From Eubacteriales bacterium (GTDB taxonomy: Bacteria > Bacillota > Clostridia > Oscillospirales > CAG-272): a stretch of 58,071 bases of DNA. Shown piece by piece: positions 34,875-44,836 of the stretch; positions within the stretch are counted from its first letter, which is position 1; each line of letters opens with the position of its first letter. The stretch spans positions 1-58,071 of the forward strand of contig JAZQCR010000031.1 of NCBI GenBank assembly GCA_045546375.1, in the 5' to 3' direction. The notes below the pieces were generated by a model. It made no database searches and had not been told where the DNA came from. It saw only the letters and a program-made list of their open reading frames with translations. Both the position numbers and the translations under genes were made by a program.

Positions 34875-36551
34875 TTATATCTTTGCTTTTATCGCCTTAT
34901 TTACCTTCTCACGAAGATTCAGGATATATTCCGCGCCGTGAGGGTAGCGCTTGAAGGTGATCTTTTCCTCTAAATCCCCTTCAATGAGATCAAGGACGTA
35001 GTCCTTGCCGTACAGGCTCTCGCACAGCTTCATAGCTCTCATATCCTCGAGACCGTGCTTGAATACCAAGAAGTGGATAGTGTCAAGTGCTGTACCGTCG
35101 GCGGCAGGGTAAACGCTGAAGGCGTCACCCGCAGGGACGAAGTAGTCGCCGCAAGCGTCCATATAGGGATTCAGAAGATTGCAGGAGTAGCGGTTGTAGT
35201 AGAAGTTGAAGCCCCACTGTAGGAATCCGTCCATATCATATTTATAGAACTGTGTTCCGATGATGCGGTTTCTGGCCGAGGGCATAGCAACGAAGCGGTT
35301 AGAGAGCTTCCATGTCTCGGAGCAGCAGTAGTAGCACCATCTCTCCGGCAGATTTTCTGCTTCGAGGAAGGTCTCTACGTGGTAGGTAGAGGGAACGGGA
35401 CACATAACTGCGCCGGTCTTATAAAATTCAAAATTAGACAGGGCATCCATAATGAGATAGCCGTCAAGAACCTCAGAAATAGCGTTCTTTGCGGAAAGAT
35501 AGTTGTCAAGGTGCTCCAGGTGCGGCTCGTCAGAGATGTGATAGCGGCACATCTTGTCAACGCCCTTTGACTTAAGGAATGCCAGCATATCGGTGAGCAT
35601 AGCCTTTAAGAAGGTAATGTATTCTTCGCCGCAGGCGTCGGTCTCCCAGCCGAAGATCTTCTTATATTCGCCGTCTACCGTGGCCATTACCTTGGGCGCG
35701 TGAGCGGCACCCCACTGGGTGAAGAGGTGGTTTATCTCGATGGCCTTTACATTGTGGCGCAGGAGCATATCTATCCAGCGGTCAAGCTTATCAAAGCCGA
35801 AGGAGTACTTGCCGTCGTTTAAGTAAACGTCCACAAGCTGGCAGGTGGGTCTCTCGCCGCCTACCTTTGTGTCAAGGGGTACGGTAAGCACGGGGGTCAA
35901 GATCATATTGAGTCCGCCGTCAACTGCCGCCGCTATGAAGTTCTCTATTATCTGCCAGTGCCGCTCTGAGAACATCTCCACGTTATAGTAGCTGGCGAGG
36001 CAGTCTGCGTAAAACCACTGGGTGTACAGGAAGTCACTCTCGGGCATTTCTGCGCCGATGACCTCCACCTGCAGGGTAGCGCTCTGCAAAAGCTCTTGTC
36101 CGTTTTCGGAGTAGAGTTCTATAGTCAAGGGGTATACGCCCGCCTCGTGCTTGCCGTCGGGACGGATGTCTATCCAGAGGGAGCGCAGTTCCTGACAGGC
36201 GCACAGAGCACTGCCGTCATATCGCAGAGGTGTCAGCAGGTCGGGATATAGACCCGGCTCCTTGTTTCGCAGGTAATTACTGTCGCCGATGCCCTTGCCT
36301 ACGGGCATAGACACGTTGATCTGCTCAACGTTACGGACGGTGACGCAGTCTGCCAAGGGGGAGACCACCTTGACAGGTGTTATAAGTCTTGTACAAACCC
36401 CCGGGTCTGCCTCGTATATGGCCAACTGTACGGAGAGGTGCTCGTTTTTCAGCATAGAGATCTCTTTAAGCTCCGGCTTATTCTCAATGCGCTCGTCGCG
36501 GAAGCATTTTTCCAGGGCGGAAATGAATCTTACTTGTAATGAATTTCTCAT
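34875..36551 (-). CDS. DUF4091 domain protein (GH123-like glycoside hydrolase), paralog 2
   Basis: PGLYPDLL, QWFYAD, HLFTQWGA, HISDEP, GFLQWGFN, GDAFSVYP. Confidence 0.75.
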   Translation of the reverse strand: MRNSLQVRFISALEKCFRDERIENKPELKEISMLKNEHLSVQLAIYEADPGVCTRLITPVKVVSPLADCVTVRNVEQINVSMPVGKGIGDSNYLRNKEPGLYPDLLTPLRYDGSALCACQELRSLWIDIRPDGKHEAGVYPLTIELYSENGQELLQSATLQVEVIGAEMPESDFLYTQWFYADCLASYYNVEMFSERHWQIIENFIAAAVDGGLNMILTPVLTVPLDTKVGGERPTCQLVDVYLNDGKYSFGFDKLDRWIDMLLRHNVKAIEINHLFTQWGAAHAPKVMATVDGEYKKIFGWETDACGEEYITFLKAMLTDMLAFLKSKGVDKMCRYHISDEPHLEHLDNYLSAKNAISEVLDGYLIMDALSNFEFYKTGAVMCPVPSTYHVETFLEAENLPERWCYYCCSETWKLSNRFVAMPSARNRIIGTQFYKYDMDGFLQWGFNFYYNRYSCNLLNPYMDACGDYFVPAGDAFSVYPAADGTALDTIHFLVFKHGLEDMRAMKLCESLYGKDYVLDLIEGDLEEKITFKRYPHGAEYILNLREKVNKAIKAKI

Positions 36552-36685
36552 AATTTTGATATCCTCCGGATATTGGGTACTTTGTGCATCTGCACAGCCT
36601 CATTGTACCATCCATACCATATAAAGTCAATCGAAAAGCAAAAATAAAAAACAGAATATTCCGTATGCGGAATATTCTGTTTTTT

Positions 36686-38362
36686 TTAGAGTTTTGCTTT
36701 GATGGCCGCATTTATCTTCTCGCGAAGGTTGAGGATGTACTCTGCTTCCTTGGGATAGCGCTTGAAGGTGATCTTCTCTTCAAGGTCGCCCTCCATAAGC
36801 TCCAGCACGTAGTCGCGGCCGTAGAGGCTCTCGCAGAGCTGTAGGGCTCTCATATCCTCGATGCCGTGCTTGAATACCAGATAGTGTATGGTGTCAAGGG
36901 CGGTTCCGTCCGCCTTGGGATAAACGCTGAAGGCGTCACCTGCGGGAACGAAAAAGTCGCCGCTTGCATCCTGATAGGGGTTCACAAGATCGCAGGAGAA
37001 GCGATTGTAGTAGAAGTTGAAGCCCCACTGTAAGAAGCCGTCGATGCGGTTCTTGTACATCTGGATACCCATGATGCGGTTACGGGCAGATGGCATGGCC
37101 ACGAATCGGTTGGAAACCTCGCTACTCTCACAGCAGCAGTAGTAGCACCATCTCTCGGGCAGCTCCTCTACTTCAAGGAAGGGCTCTGCGTGCAGAGTGG
37201 AAGGAACGGGACACATAACTGCGCCCGTCTTATAGAACTCGAAGTTGGAGAGGGCGTCCATTATGAAGTAGCCGTCAAGAACCTCGCAGATAGCGTTCTT
37301 CGCAGACAGATAGTTATCAAGGTGATCAAGGTGCGGCTCGTCCGAGATGTGATAGCGGCACATCTTATCAACGCCTTTTGCCTTAAGGAAGGCTAAAAGC
37401 TCGGTCAAGAATGCCTTTAAGAAGGAAATGTATTCCTCGCCGCAGGCGTCGGTCTCCCAGCCGAAGATCTTCTTGTACTCTCCGTCCACCGTAGCCATTA
37501 CCTTGGGCGCGTGCGCCGCACCCCACTGGGTAAAGAGGTGGCTGATCTCGATGACCTTAACCTTGTACTTAAGGAGCATATCTATCCAGTGGTCAAGATC
37601 ATCAAACTTAAATGAGTATTTGCCGCCGTCCTTGAATACCTTTACAAGCTGACAGGTGGGTCTCTCGCCGCCTACCATGGTGTCAAGGGGAACGGTGAAG
37701 ACGGGGGTCAGAATAGTATTGATACCGCCGTCCACTGCCGCCTTTATGTAGTTTTCGATGATCTGCCAGTGACGCTCGGAGAGCATCTCTACGTTATAGT
37801 AGCTGGCAAGGGTGTCAGCGTAGAACCACTGGGTGTATAAGAGGCTTTGCTCGGGCAGGGAAGCGCCGATGATCTCTACCTGCAGGGTAGCAGTCGCCGC
37901 CAGATCGGTCTTATTCTCCTCGTAGAGCTCGACGGTGACAGGATAAGTGCCTGCCGCGTACTTGCCCTCGGGACGGATGTCTATCCACAGGGCGCGCAGG
38001 TCGTTCAGTACGCACAGGGCGCTGCCGTCGTAGCGTAGGGGTGTCAGCAGGTCGGGATAAAGCCCCGGTTCTTTATTACGAAGATAGTTGTCGTCTCCGC
38101 CGCCCTTGGCGATGGGCATGGACACGTTCACCTGCTCTACGTTGCGAACGGTGATGCAGTCGGCGATGGGGGAGACCACCTTCACCTTGGAGACTACCTT
38201 GGTCCATACGTTCGGGTCGGACTCATAGATAGCGAGCTGAACGGAAAGGTGCTCGTTCTGCAACATGGATATTTCCTTCAGCTCGGGCTTGTCCTCTAAA
38301 TGCTCGTCGCGAAAGCACTTCTCAAGTGCGGAAATGAATTTGCAGCTTAATGATTCTCTCAT
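36686..38362 (-). CDS. DUF4091 domain protein (GH123-like glycoside hydrolase), paralog 1
   Basis: Same motifs and same 558-aa length as the neighbour; own terminator at 36645-36686. Confidence 0.75.
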   Translation of the reverse strand: MRESLSCKFISALEKCFRDEHLEDKPELKEISMLQNEHLSVQLAIYESDPNVWTKVVSKVKVVSPIADCITVRNVEQVNVSMPIAKGGGDDNYLRNKEPGLYPDLLTPLRYDGSALCVLNDLRALWIDIRPEGKYAAGTYPVTVELYEENKTDLAATATLQVEIIGASLPEQSLLYTQWFYADTLASYYNVEMLSERHWQIIENYIKAAVDGGINTILTPVFTVPLDTMVGGERPTCQLVKVFKDGGKYSFKFDDLDHWIDMLLKYKVKVIEISHLFTQWGAAHAPKVMATVDGEYKKIFGWETDACGEEYISFLKAFLTELLAFLKAKGVDKMCRYHISDEPHLDHLDNYLSAKNAICEVLDGYFIMDALSNFEFYKTGAVMCPVPSTLHAEPFLEVEELPERWCYYCCCESSEVSNRFVAMPSARNRIMGIQMYKNRIDGFLQWGFNFYYNRFSCDLVNPYQDASGDFFVPAGDAFSVYPKADGTALDTIHYLVFKHGIEDMRALQLCESLYGRDYVLELMEGDLEEKITFKRYPKEAEYILNLREKINAAIKAKL

Positions 38363-38385
38363 GATTTTTTACTTTTTATTTGTGA

Positions 38386-39426
38386 TCAATAACCCCAGGT
38401 GTAGTCTCCCAGAGGATGTCTTTGGATTATAGTGATCATATTGCTTTCACGAGTGATCGCACCCTCTTTAATTACCTTGCCGCGGAGTCTGACGACGGTG
38501 TTTTTGGAAAACTCCACACCTTCTGCGGCGGTAACGGTGATGGTTATCTGATAACCTCGGTGATTCATAAAGATAGTGGGCACGTTGGGGTCGTATTGGC
38601 ATAACCAGGAGTGAGAAATAGAGTAGCCGGCATTTTTAATGCTGTTAGTTGGCGTGTCGGGAGCATTACCGACGACGGGCTTTGCATAAGCTATATCAAT
38701 ACCTACAGAATCAAAGTATTTCTGCAGAACGGCTGATGCAGCAGGGGAAAGGTTAGCAGAGCTGTCTGCTAAAGCGGCGCAGGAAACGCCGTACGCGGTG
38801 CGGGTGTTTGCGCTCTTGTCAAAAGCACTGTAGAAGGTCTTCTCGCTTCCGTCGGCATAGGTTACGGTAACGTACGCACGGGCAGAGAAGTCACGGTTAT
38901 AGTTGTCCTCGTAAAGATTAGAGATAACACCGGTATAGGTGCGAACATCGTCGGTAAGACCCCAGAATATCTTGCAGGGGATCCTTAAGCAGTCCTTACC
39001 TGCGTCCTTAAGTGCGGCGTAGGTAAACTCACCGGTGATGTAATCGTTGGGAGCGATGATTGTTCCGAGCTCAAACTTAACGCCGGTTGCGACCAAAGCC
39101 TGATACTGAGGCTCGTTTATGTTGGTGGTGAAGCGAAGACCTGCGGGGGCCGCGGTACGGACCGAAGCACCGCTCACCATGGTCATATCAAGATACAAGG
39201 GTTCTAAGGTCACGTCGCTTTCTGCGGTAAAAGAAGCTCCGGGTGCTAAAACTACGGTGTTATCGCCGTCCTTATAGGTCCAGCCGATCAGCATGGAGCT
39301 TTCACTGCCTTCATCGGGAAGGGTAGTGGTACCGGCAGAAACGAAAAGCTCGCCTGCATCTACGCTGATGGCAGAAAAGGAACAAACTGCCATGAGTATG
39401 GCGAGAAATAATGCTGTTTTCTTCAT
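38386..39426 (-). CDS. Secreted hypothetical protein
   Basis: Signal peptide; GASVRT...GLRF and FSARAYV segments; RBS aaggag. Confidence 0.65.
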   Translation of the reverse strand: MKKTALFLAILMAVCSFSAISVDAGELFVSAGTTTLPDEGSESSMLIGWTYKDGDNTVVLAPGASFTAESDVTLEPLYLDMTMVSGASVRTAAPAGLRFTTNINEPQYQALVATGVKFELGTIIAPNDYITGEFTYAALKDAGKDCLRIPCKIFWGLTDDVRTYTGVISNLYEDNYNRDFSARAYVTVTYADGSEKTFYSAFDKSANTRTAYGVSCAALADSSANLSPAASAVLQKYFDSVGIDIAYAKPVVGNAPDTPTNSIKNAGYSISHSWLCQYDPNVPTIFMNHRGYQITITVTAAEGVEFSKNTVVRLRGKVIKEGAITRESNMITIIQRHPLGDYTWGY

Positions 39427-39545
39427 TGAATGATCTCCTTAATAAGTATATTCGGTTACATTATATCATTAATTCACTGTAAAGTCAACCAAAAAACTTG
39501 ACCTCGCGACCGAAAAATAATATAATAACTTGTGAGGTGATAAGA

Positions 39546-40124
39546 GTGAAGGTGAAAAAGCAAACGGGAAATCCTTTTCTCAATATGTACGAGACGGAAT
39601 TTACCGACAGAGAGGGGAGGGAACGCAGGTATTATTTTGCCTCCCGCGCTTCCTCCGAAGAGGAGCTGAAGTGTAATTCCTATGAGCGTGCCGACGGCGT
39701 TGACGTGGTGGCTCTTTACGAAGGAAAGCTGGTTTTGATAAAGCAGTACCGCATACCTATCGACAGGGAGATTTATGAGTGCCCCGCAGGGCTCATCGAC
39801 GAGGGTGAGGACGCCCGAAGCGCCGCTGTACGCGAGCTTAAGGAGGAAACGGGACTGACGCTGAAGCCGATAGATGCTCCCGAGGGCTGGGAGCGAGGCT
39901 TCTATACCTCGGTGGGGATGACGGACGAGGCGTGCGCCATCGTTTTCGGCCACGCCGAGGGCGAGGTTACCGATAAGTATCTGGAGCCCGGCGAGCGCAT
40001 AAGCGTGGTCCTTGCTGACAAGAAGGAGGCGCGGCGCATACTGCGGGAGGAGCCCCTCTCTATGCGCTGTGCAATGGTGCTTATGCAGTTCGTGGGATCA
40101 GAGTTTTTCGGCGAGCAGAGCTAA
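39546..40124 (+). CDS. NUDIX hydrolase (ADP-ribose pyrophosphatase-like)
   Basis: KQYR.P...ECPAGLIDEGE....AAVRELKEETG Nudix box; RBS gaggtg before GTG 39546. Confidence 0.88.
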   Translation: MKVKKQTGNPFLNMYETEFTDREGRERRYYFASRASSEEELKCNSYERADGVDVVALYEGKLVLIKQYRIPIDREIYECPAGLIDEGEDARSAAVRELKEETGLTLKPIDAPEGWERGFYTSVGMTDEACAIVFGHAEGEVTDKYLEPGERISVVLADKKEARRILREEPLSMRCAMVLMQFVGSEFFGEQS

Positions 40125-40994
40125 CTCCTCTTCAAAGGGAGCTTTGGCCGCGGGGTCCAGGAGTGCGTAAAGATCGGTCTCGGTCTTTACGTAAACGCTT
40201 ATTTCTATACCACCTTTTTCATCGGTTTCATAGAAAGCGGTGTATCCGCAGGTGTGAACGCACAGGTCAATAGCGAAGAGATCTGCCGAGTGCTCCGGGA
40301 AGAAATCGTAAAGGTCGGTAAGTGCTTCACCGGAGCTGTTCTCGAATCGAAGATCGGTGACGGCACTGACCGAGAGACGCAGGTCGTCGCCCACCCTGCT
40401 CACGTCGCCCTTCACACGGCCTTTGGTATGGGGTAACAATATGGAGAGAAGCGAGGTCAAGAGCACGGTGGCATTTCTTGTGTTCACAAGTCGGGATGAG
40501 CCGCCCGAGGTGGTCAGACTGATGCGCGGTGAATCAAGCACCTTTTCAAAACCGCGTAGCAGACTTGCTGTGGAGTGAACTCTTTGCGGGTCGGCAGGCG
40601 CGGAGAAGATAAAAGCGAATTTGTTATATAAAAGCTCCTGCAGTTTCGCAAGATGAGATCTGCTTTTGCTTGCCTTGAGCGCACCGTGAGCCGCTGTCGC
40701 TTTCAGAAGGTCTTCGCCTGACAGCATAAGCACTTCTCTCGCTGTAGGAAAGATGGCACCGTCAAACTCAAAGCGAAGAAAGTCGCAGAATAAGAGCCAT
40801 ACTTTGCCTTCAAAGGGTACGACGAAGCATCTGCCCTGAGGAAGTCGGCAGATAGGCGGCGTTATTTTTAATTTACTGCCCCTTCTCGGGCAAGGAGTCA
40901 GCCTTTTGGCGGCGGAGTTTTTGTCGAGCACCCTGCCATTTTGGTCACACAGTATGATGGGGGTGGCAGACCCCTCAAAATCTAAAATATCCAT
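40098..40994 (-). CDS. Hypothetical protein (PAS-like start, possibly degenerate kinase-like C-terminus)
   Basis: PIILCDQNGRVLDKNSAAKRL; no intact H-box or G-box. Confidence 0.5.
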   Translation of the reverse strand: MDILDFEGSATPIILCDQNGRVLDKNSAAKRLTPCPRRGSKLKITPPICRLPQGRCFVVPFEGKVWLLFCDFLRFEFDGAIFPTAREVLMLSGEDLLKATAAHGALKASKSRSHLAKLQELLYNKFAFIFSAPADPQRVHSTASLLRGFEKVLDSPRISLTTSGGSSRLVNTRNATVLLTSLLSILLPHTKGRVKGDVSRVGDDLRLSVSAVTDLRFENSSGEALTDLYDFFPEHSADLFAIDLCVHTCGYTAFYETDEKGGIEISVYVKTETDLYALLDPAAKAPFEEELALLAEKL

Positions 40995-41158
40995 ATATCA
41001 ATTTTACTACATAAACTGTCATTTGCCAAGGACATTGATACATTTTTAACAAATTTTAGAAAATTTCAAAAAAACTATTGAATAGTGCGAGGTTTTGGAG
41101 TAAAATATAGGATAGCAAATAAAAAATAAAATTCATTTATAAACGGAGGACAAAAAAC

Positions 41159-42178
41159 ATGTCAGTTAAAGTTGCTATTAACGGCTTCGGCCGTATCGGC
41201 CGTCTCGCATTCAGACAGATGTTCGACGCGCAGGGTTATGAGGTCGTTGCTATCAACGACTTAACCAAGCCCAGCATGCTCGCACACCTTCTTAAGTACG
41301 ACACCGCACAGGGTCGTTACGACGGTCACACCGTTACCTCTGATGACGAGGCAGGCACTATCACCGTAGACGGTAAGACCCTTAAGATCTACGCAGAGAA
41401 GGACGCTGTTAACTGCCCCTGGGGTGAGCTCGGCGTTGACGTAGTTCTCGAGTGCACCGGCTTCTACTGCTCCAAGGAGAAGAGCCAGGCACACATCGAC
41501 GCAGGCGCAAAGAAGGTCGTTATCTCTGCTCCCGCAGGCAACGATCTGCCCACCATCGTATTCAGCGTAAACGAGAATACTCTTACCAAGGATGACAAGA
41601 TCATCTCCGCTGCATCCTGCACCACCAACTGCCTTGCTCCCATGGCAAAGGCTCTTAACGACTACGCAGAGATCCAGAGCGGTATCATGACCACCGTTCA
41701 CGCATACACCGGCGACCAGATGATCTTAGACGGTCCTCACAGAAAGGGTGACCTCCGCCGTGCACGTGCAGGCGCACAGAACATCGTTCCTAACTCCACC
41801 GGCGCTGCTAAGGCTATCGGTCTTGTTATCCCTGAGCTGAACGGCAAGCTCATCGGCTCCGCTCAGAGAGTTCCTACCTGCACCGGTTCCACCACTATCC
41901 TGGTTGCAGTTGTTAAGGGTAAGGACGTAACCAAGGAAGGCATCAACGCTGCTATGGAGGCTGCTGCTTCCGCTTCCTACGGCTACAACACCGATCAGAT
42001 CGTTTCTTCCGACGTTATCGGTATGACCTACGGTTCTCTGTTCGATGCTACCCAGACCATGGTTGCTAAGATCGACGACGACACCTATCAGGTACAGGTT
42101 GTTTCTTGGTACGACAACGAGAACTCCTACACCAGCCAGATGGTTCGTACTATCAAGTACTTCGCAGAGCTCAACTGA
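41159..42178 (+). CDS. gap: Type I glyceraldehyde-3-phosphate dehydrogenase
   Basis: [26 protein letters not shown]; strongly biased codon usage. Confidence 0.97.
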   Translation: MSVKVAINGFGRIGRLAFRQMFDAQGYEVVAINDLTKPSMLAHLLKYDTAQGRYDGHTVTSDDEAGTITVDGKTLKIYAEKDAVNCPWGELGVDVVLECTGFYCSKEKSQAHIDAGAKKVVISAPAGNDLPTIVFSVNENTLTKDDKIISAASCTTNCLAPMAKALNDYAEIQSGIMTTVHAYTGDQMILDGPHRKGDLRRARAGAQNIVPNSTGAAKAIGLVIPELNGKLIGSAQRVPTCTGSTTILVAVVKGKDVTKEGINAAMEAAASASYGYNTDQIVSSDVIGMTYGSLFDATQTMVAKIDDDTYQVQVVSWYDNENSYTSQMVRTIKYFAELN

Positions 42179-42193
42179 TCATAAGTTAGACTC

Positions 42194-42224
42194 AAAACGC
42201 CACGACTTCGGTCGTGGCGTTTTT
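42194..42224 (+). terminator. Intrinsic terminator
   Basis: aaaacgccacgac-ttcg-gtcgtggcgttttt. Confidence 0.85.
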
Positions 42225-42336
42225 GCTTTCAGCTCAACTATGGGTTGAGTTGTGCTCTATTGACTTTTAACATCTGCGGTGCTATAATTCATTTGTAGGC
42301 GGTTGCCTATTACGAGTATGAAAGGAATGTGATAAA

Positions 42337-44457
42337 ATGAAAAAAGGTTTACTAAAGATAGTTGCCCTTGTGATGTCATTTATACTTTTGTTGTCGATGA
42401 CCACCTTTGCGGCCATTGCCGAGGATGACGGCGGTAAGCTGCCATTTGATGAGAGATTTTCCGACGCAAGTGATGTGCCTTTGTGGGCGCAGAACGGCTG
42501 TGAAGCCACCTATGACGCCGGCATTGTCGGCGGATTTGAGGACGGAACATACAGACCCACCGAAGAGGCCACCAGGGCGCAGATGTGGACATATCTGTAT
42601 AACTGCGCCAAGTATTTGGGCAAGGATGTGTCCGTTCCCTCAGATTACGAGGTTAGCTTCCCCGATGCAGTAGGGGGAGCGTGGTATGAGGATGCGCTTT
42701 GTTGGGCGGCATATAACGGCATAGTATGCGTCTCGGATGCGGGTACCGTTGCCCCCGACCGTGCTATTATGCGCTGGGAGCTGGCAGTCGAGTGTTACCG
42801 CTTTGCCACTTATGCAGGGTTAAAGTATAAGGAGACTGCGGCGAGCTATAACTTTTCGGATATTTATATGCTCCCCGAGTGGGCGGCAGAGCCTATATTA
42901 GGCGCGCTTAAGGCAGGTTTGCTGAGCAACTCGGGCAGTACTGAACTTTTACCCGAGCGGACGTGTAACCGAGCGCAGCTAGCGGTATATATCTACAGAA
43001 TATTCGATGCCTCATATAGCGCGGGATCAACCCTACTCCCAAAGGACAACGAGGCGGCCGATCTGCCTATTATGCACTGCGCTTTTTCCGTCAGGATGAA
43101 TACTGCCGATAAGCTCTTTTACGGCGATTGCAACGATCGCGTTTTAGGTCAGGTCATTTTTGAGGATGAGGGAGATACCGTTGACCTGCAGATAATAGTA
43201 AAGAATGCTCTTTGGGAGAATGGTGTTATCATATACAGACAAGAGGACTTGGATACAGATAACTCTATATTCCACTACAGTATCGACTTTGGCGGCACAG
43301 TGGAGGTTGCAGACGGCCGCGAGATAGAGCTGATTTCGGAATCACCCGACTGGTACGTGGCTGTTTTAGTCTGTGACGAAAGAGGCAATATTCTGACCAT
43401 TGACTATAAGGTCACCTGTCTCAGTATCACTGAGGGGCGCGAGCTTTTTGCGTACAGTGCAGAGGGGAACGATGCTTCCATCTACGCATATACAGGTAAG
43501 GATAGCGACGTGTTTATCCCCGAGATGATAGACGGATATTTTGTAGGTGAGCTACTTGACGGCGCATTCGCTGACCGTGGGGTAAAAACACTTCACATTC
43601 CCGAGAGCGTTTATTGGATAGGTGACATCATGGGTGAGAAGGACTTGTCCGTGAATGTGATCTTCAACGGCTCCGAGTGCGAGTATAATATGATCGCTAA
43701 GCACCCCGAGTTTGCAAATATGAGGAGATATACTTTTACAGAGGAAAATCCGCCTCATCTCTATACTGCCGAGCCTGAGGTGGTCATAGAGCCCAGCGCC
43801 ATTATGCAGGGACTAAAGGCTCGCTATTGTGTTTATTGTTATGATCTGCAGGATGAGGAGTGCCTGCCCGTGAAGGACGTAGAGCTTCCTTTCACCGACG
43901 TGGCGAAGGGCGCCTGGTATAGAAAGGCTGTTGAATTCGCCGTTGACGAGGGACTTTTCAACGGTATGTCTGAGACGACATTCTGTCCCGACACCCCAAT
44001 GACACGTGCTATGCTGGTGACCGTGCTTTATCGTATGAATGGCTCTCCCGAGGTCGAAGCAGACATACCCTTTACCGACGTGGCGGATTCATATTACAAA
44101 AAGGCGGTCGTATGGGCGAATGCCAACGGAATAGTTAACGGCGTAAGCCCCGACAGATTTGCACCCGATGATAATATTACCCGTGAGGCACTGGCTACCA
44201 TATTGTATCGCTATTGGGAGCAGGTGGGCTTCGGTGTGATTGGTGCTGCTGACCTCACGGTATATTCCGACGGAAAAACGGTTTCCGGTTGGGCGGAGCA
44301 GGCTATGAGCTGGGCAAACGGCGTGGGTATCATCGCCGGTAACAATGTTGGCGGTAAGATACTCTTGGACCCTCAGGGAAAGGCTACTCGTGCTCAGGTA
44401 GCTACCATGTTGGCGCGGTTCAGCCTATATAGTGAATACGGTATAATAATCAAATAG
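42337..44457 (+). CDS. Surface protein with SLH triads at both N- and C-termini
   Basis: Signal peptide; GIVGG..DGTYRP..ATRAQ near N-terminus; FTDV...FNG...TRA x3 at C-terminus. Confidence 0.8.
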   Translation: MKKGLLKIVALVMSFILLLSMTTFAAIAEDDGGKLPFDERFSDASDVPLWAQNGCEATYDAGIVGGFEDGTYRPTEEATRAQMWTYLYNCAKYLGKDVSVPSDYEVSFPDAVGGAWYEDALCWAAYNGIVCVSDAGTVAPDRAIMRWELAVECYRFATYAGLKYKETAASYNFSDIYMLPEWAAEPILGALKAGLLSNSGSTELLPERTCNRAQLAVYIYRIFDASYSAGSTLLPKDNEAADLPIMHCAFSVRMNTADKLFYGDCNDRVLGQVIFEDEGDTVDLQIIVKNALWENGVIIYRQEDLDTDNSIFHYSIDFGGTVEVADGREIELISESPDWYVAVLVCDERGNILTIDYKVTCLSITEGRELFAYSAEGNDASIYAYTGKDSDVFIPEMIDGYFVGELLDGAFADRGVKTLHIPESVYWIGDIMGEKDLSVNVIFNGSECEYNMIAKHPEFANMRRYTFTEENPPHLYTAEPEVVIEPSAIMQGLKARYCVYCYDLQDEECLPVKDVELPFTDVAKGAWYRKAVEFAVDEGLFNGMSETTFCPDTPMTRAMLVTVLYRMNGSPEVEADIPFTDVADSYYKKAVVWANANGIVNGVSPDRFAPDDNITREALATILYRYWEQVGFGVIGAADLTVYSDGKTVSGWAEQAMSWANGVGIIAGNNVGGKILLDPQGKATRAQVATMLARFSLYSEYGIIIK

Positions 44458-44522
44458 AATAAAAACCGAACCGTTGGTTCGGTTTTTATTCTGTAACGGT
44501 GAGTTTATACTGTCAAGTTGGG

Positions 44523-44690
44523 GTGAGTGTTCATATTAACCTAGAAGAGCGTTGTCTATGGGCATATTACAAAAAAGGAATAATTGCCGAAAAATGCGGA
44601 ATTGATAGGACGAAATGTTAGTACGGTATCAAGAGAACTAATGAGAAATAATAGTTTTATGAATGCAAAACCCGCGTACTATCCACATGA
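44523..44690 (+). pseudogene. IS30-family transposase N-terminal HTH remnant, frameshifted
   Basis: HINLEERC in one frame, then AELIGRNVSTVSRELMRN in another; no DDE domain follows. Confidence 0.7.
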
Positions 44691-44836
44691 AAGACCCGGC
44701 GAGAAGATAGATGTGGGACAAAGAATGAGAATGGAGGAGAAAACGCTGTGGCTCTCCACAGCGTTTTCTCTTGCTTTTTCTCGATAAATAATGTATAATT
44801 CTTTAGGTTTTATCTAAAATGACCTTGGAGGCAGAT

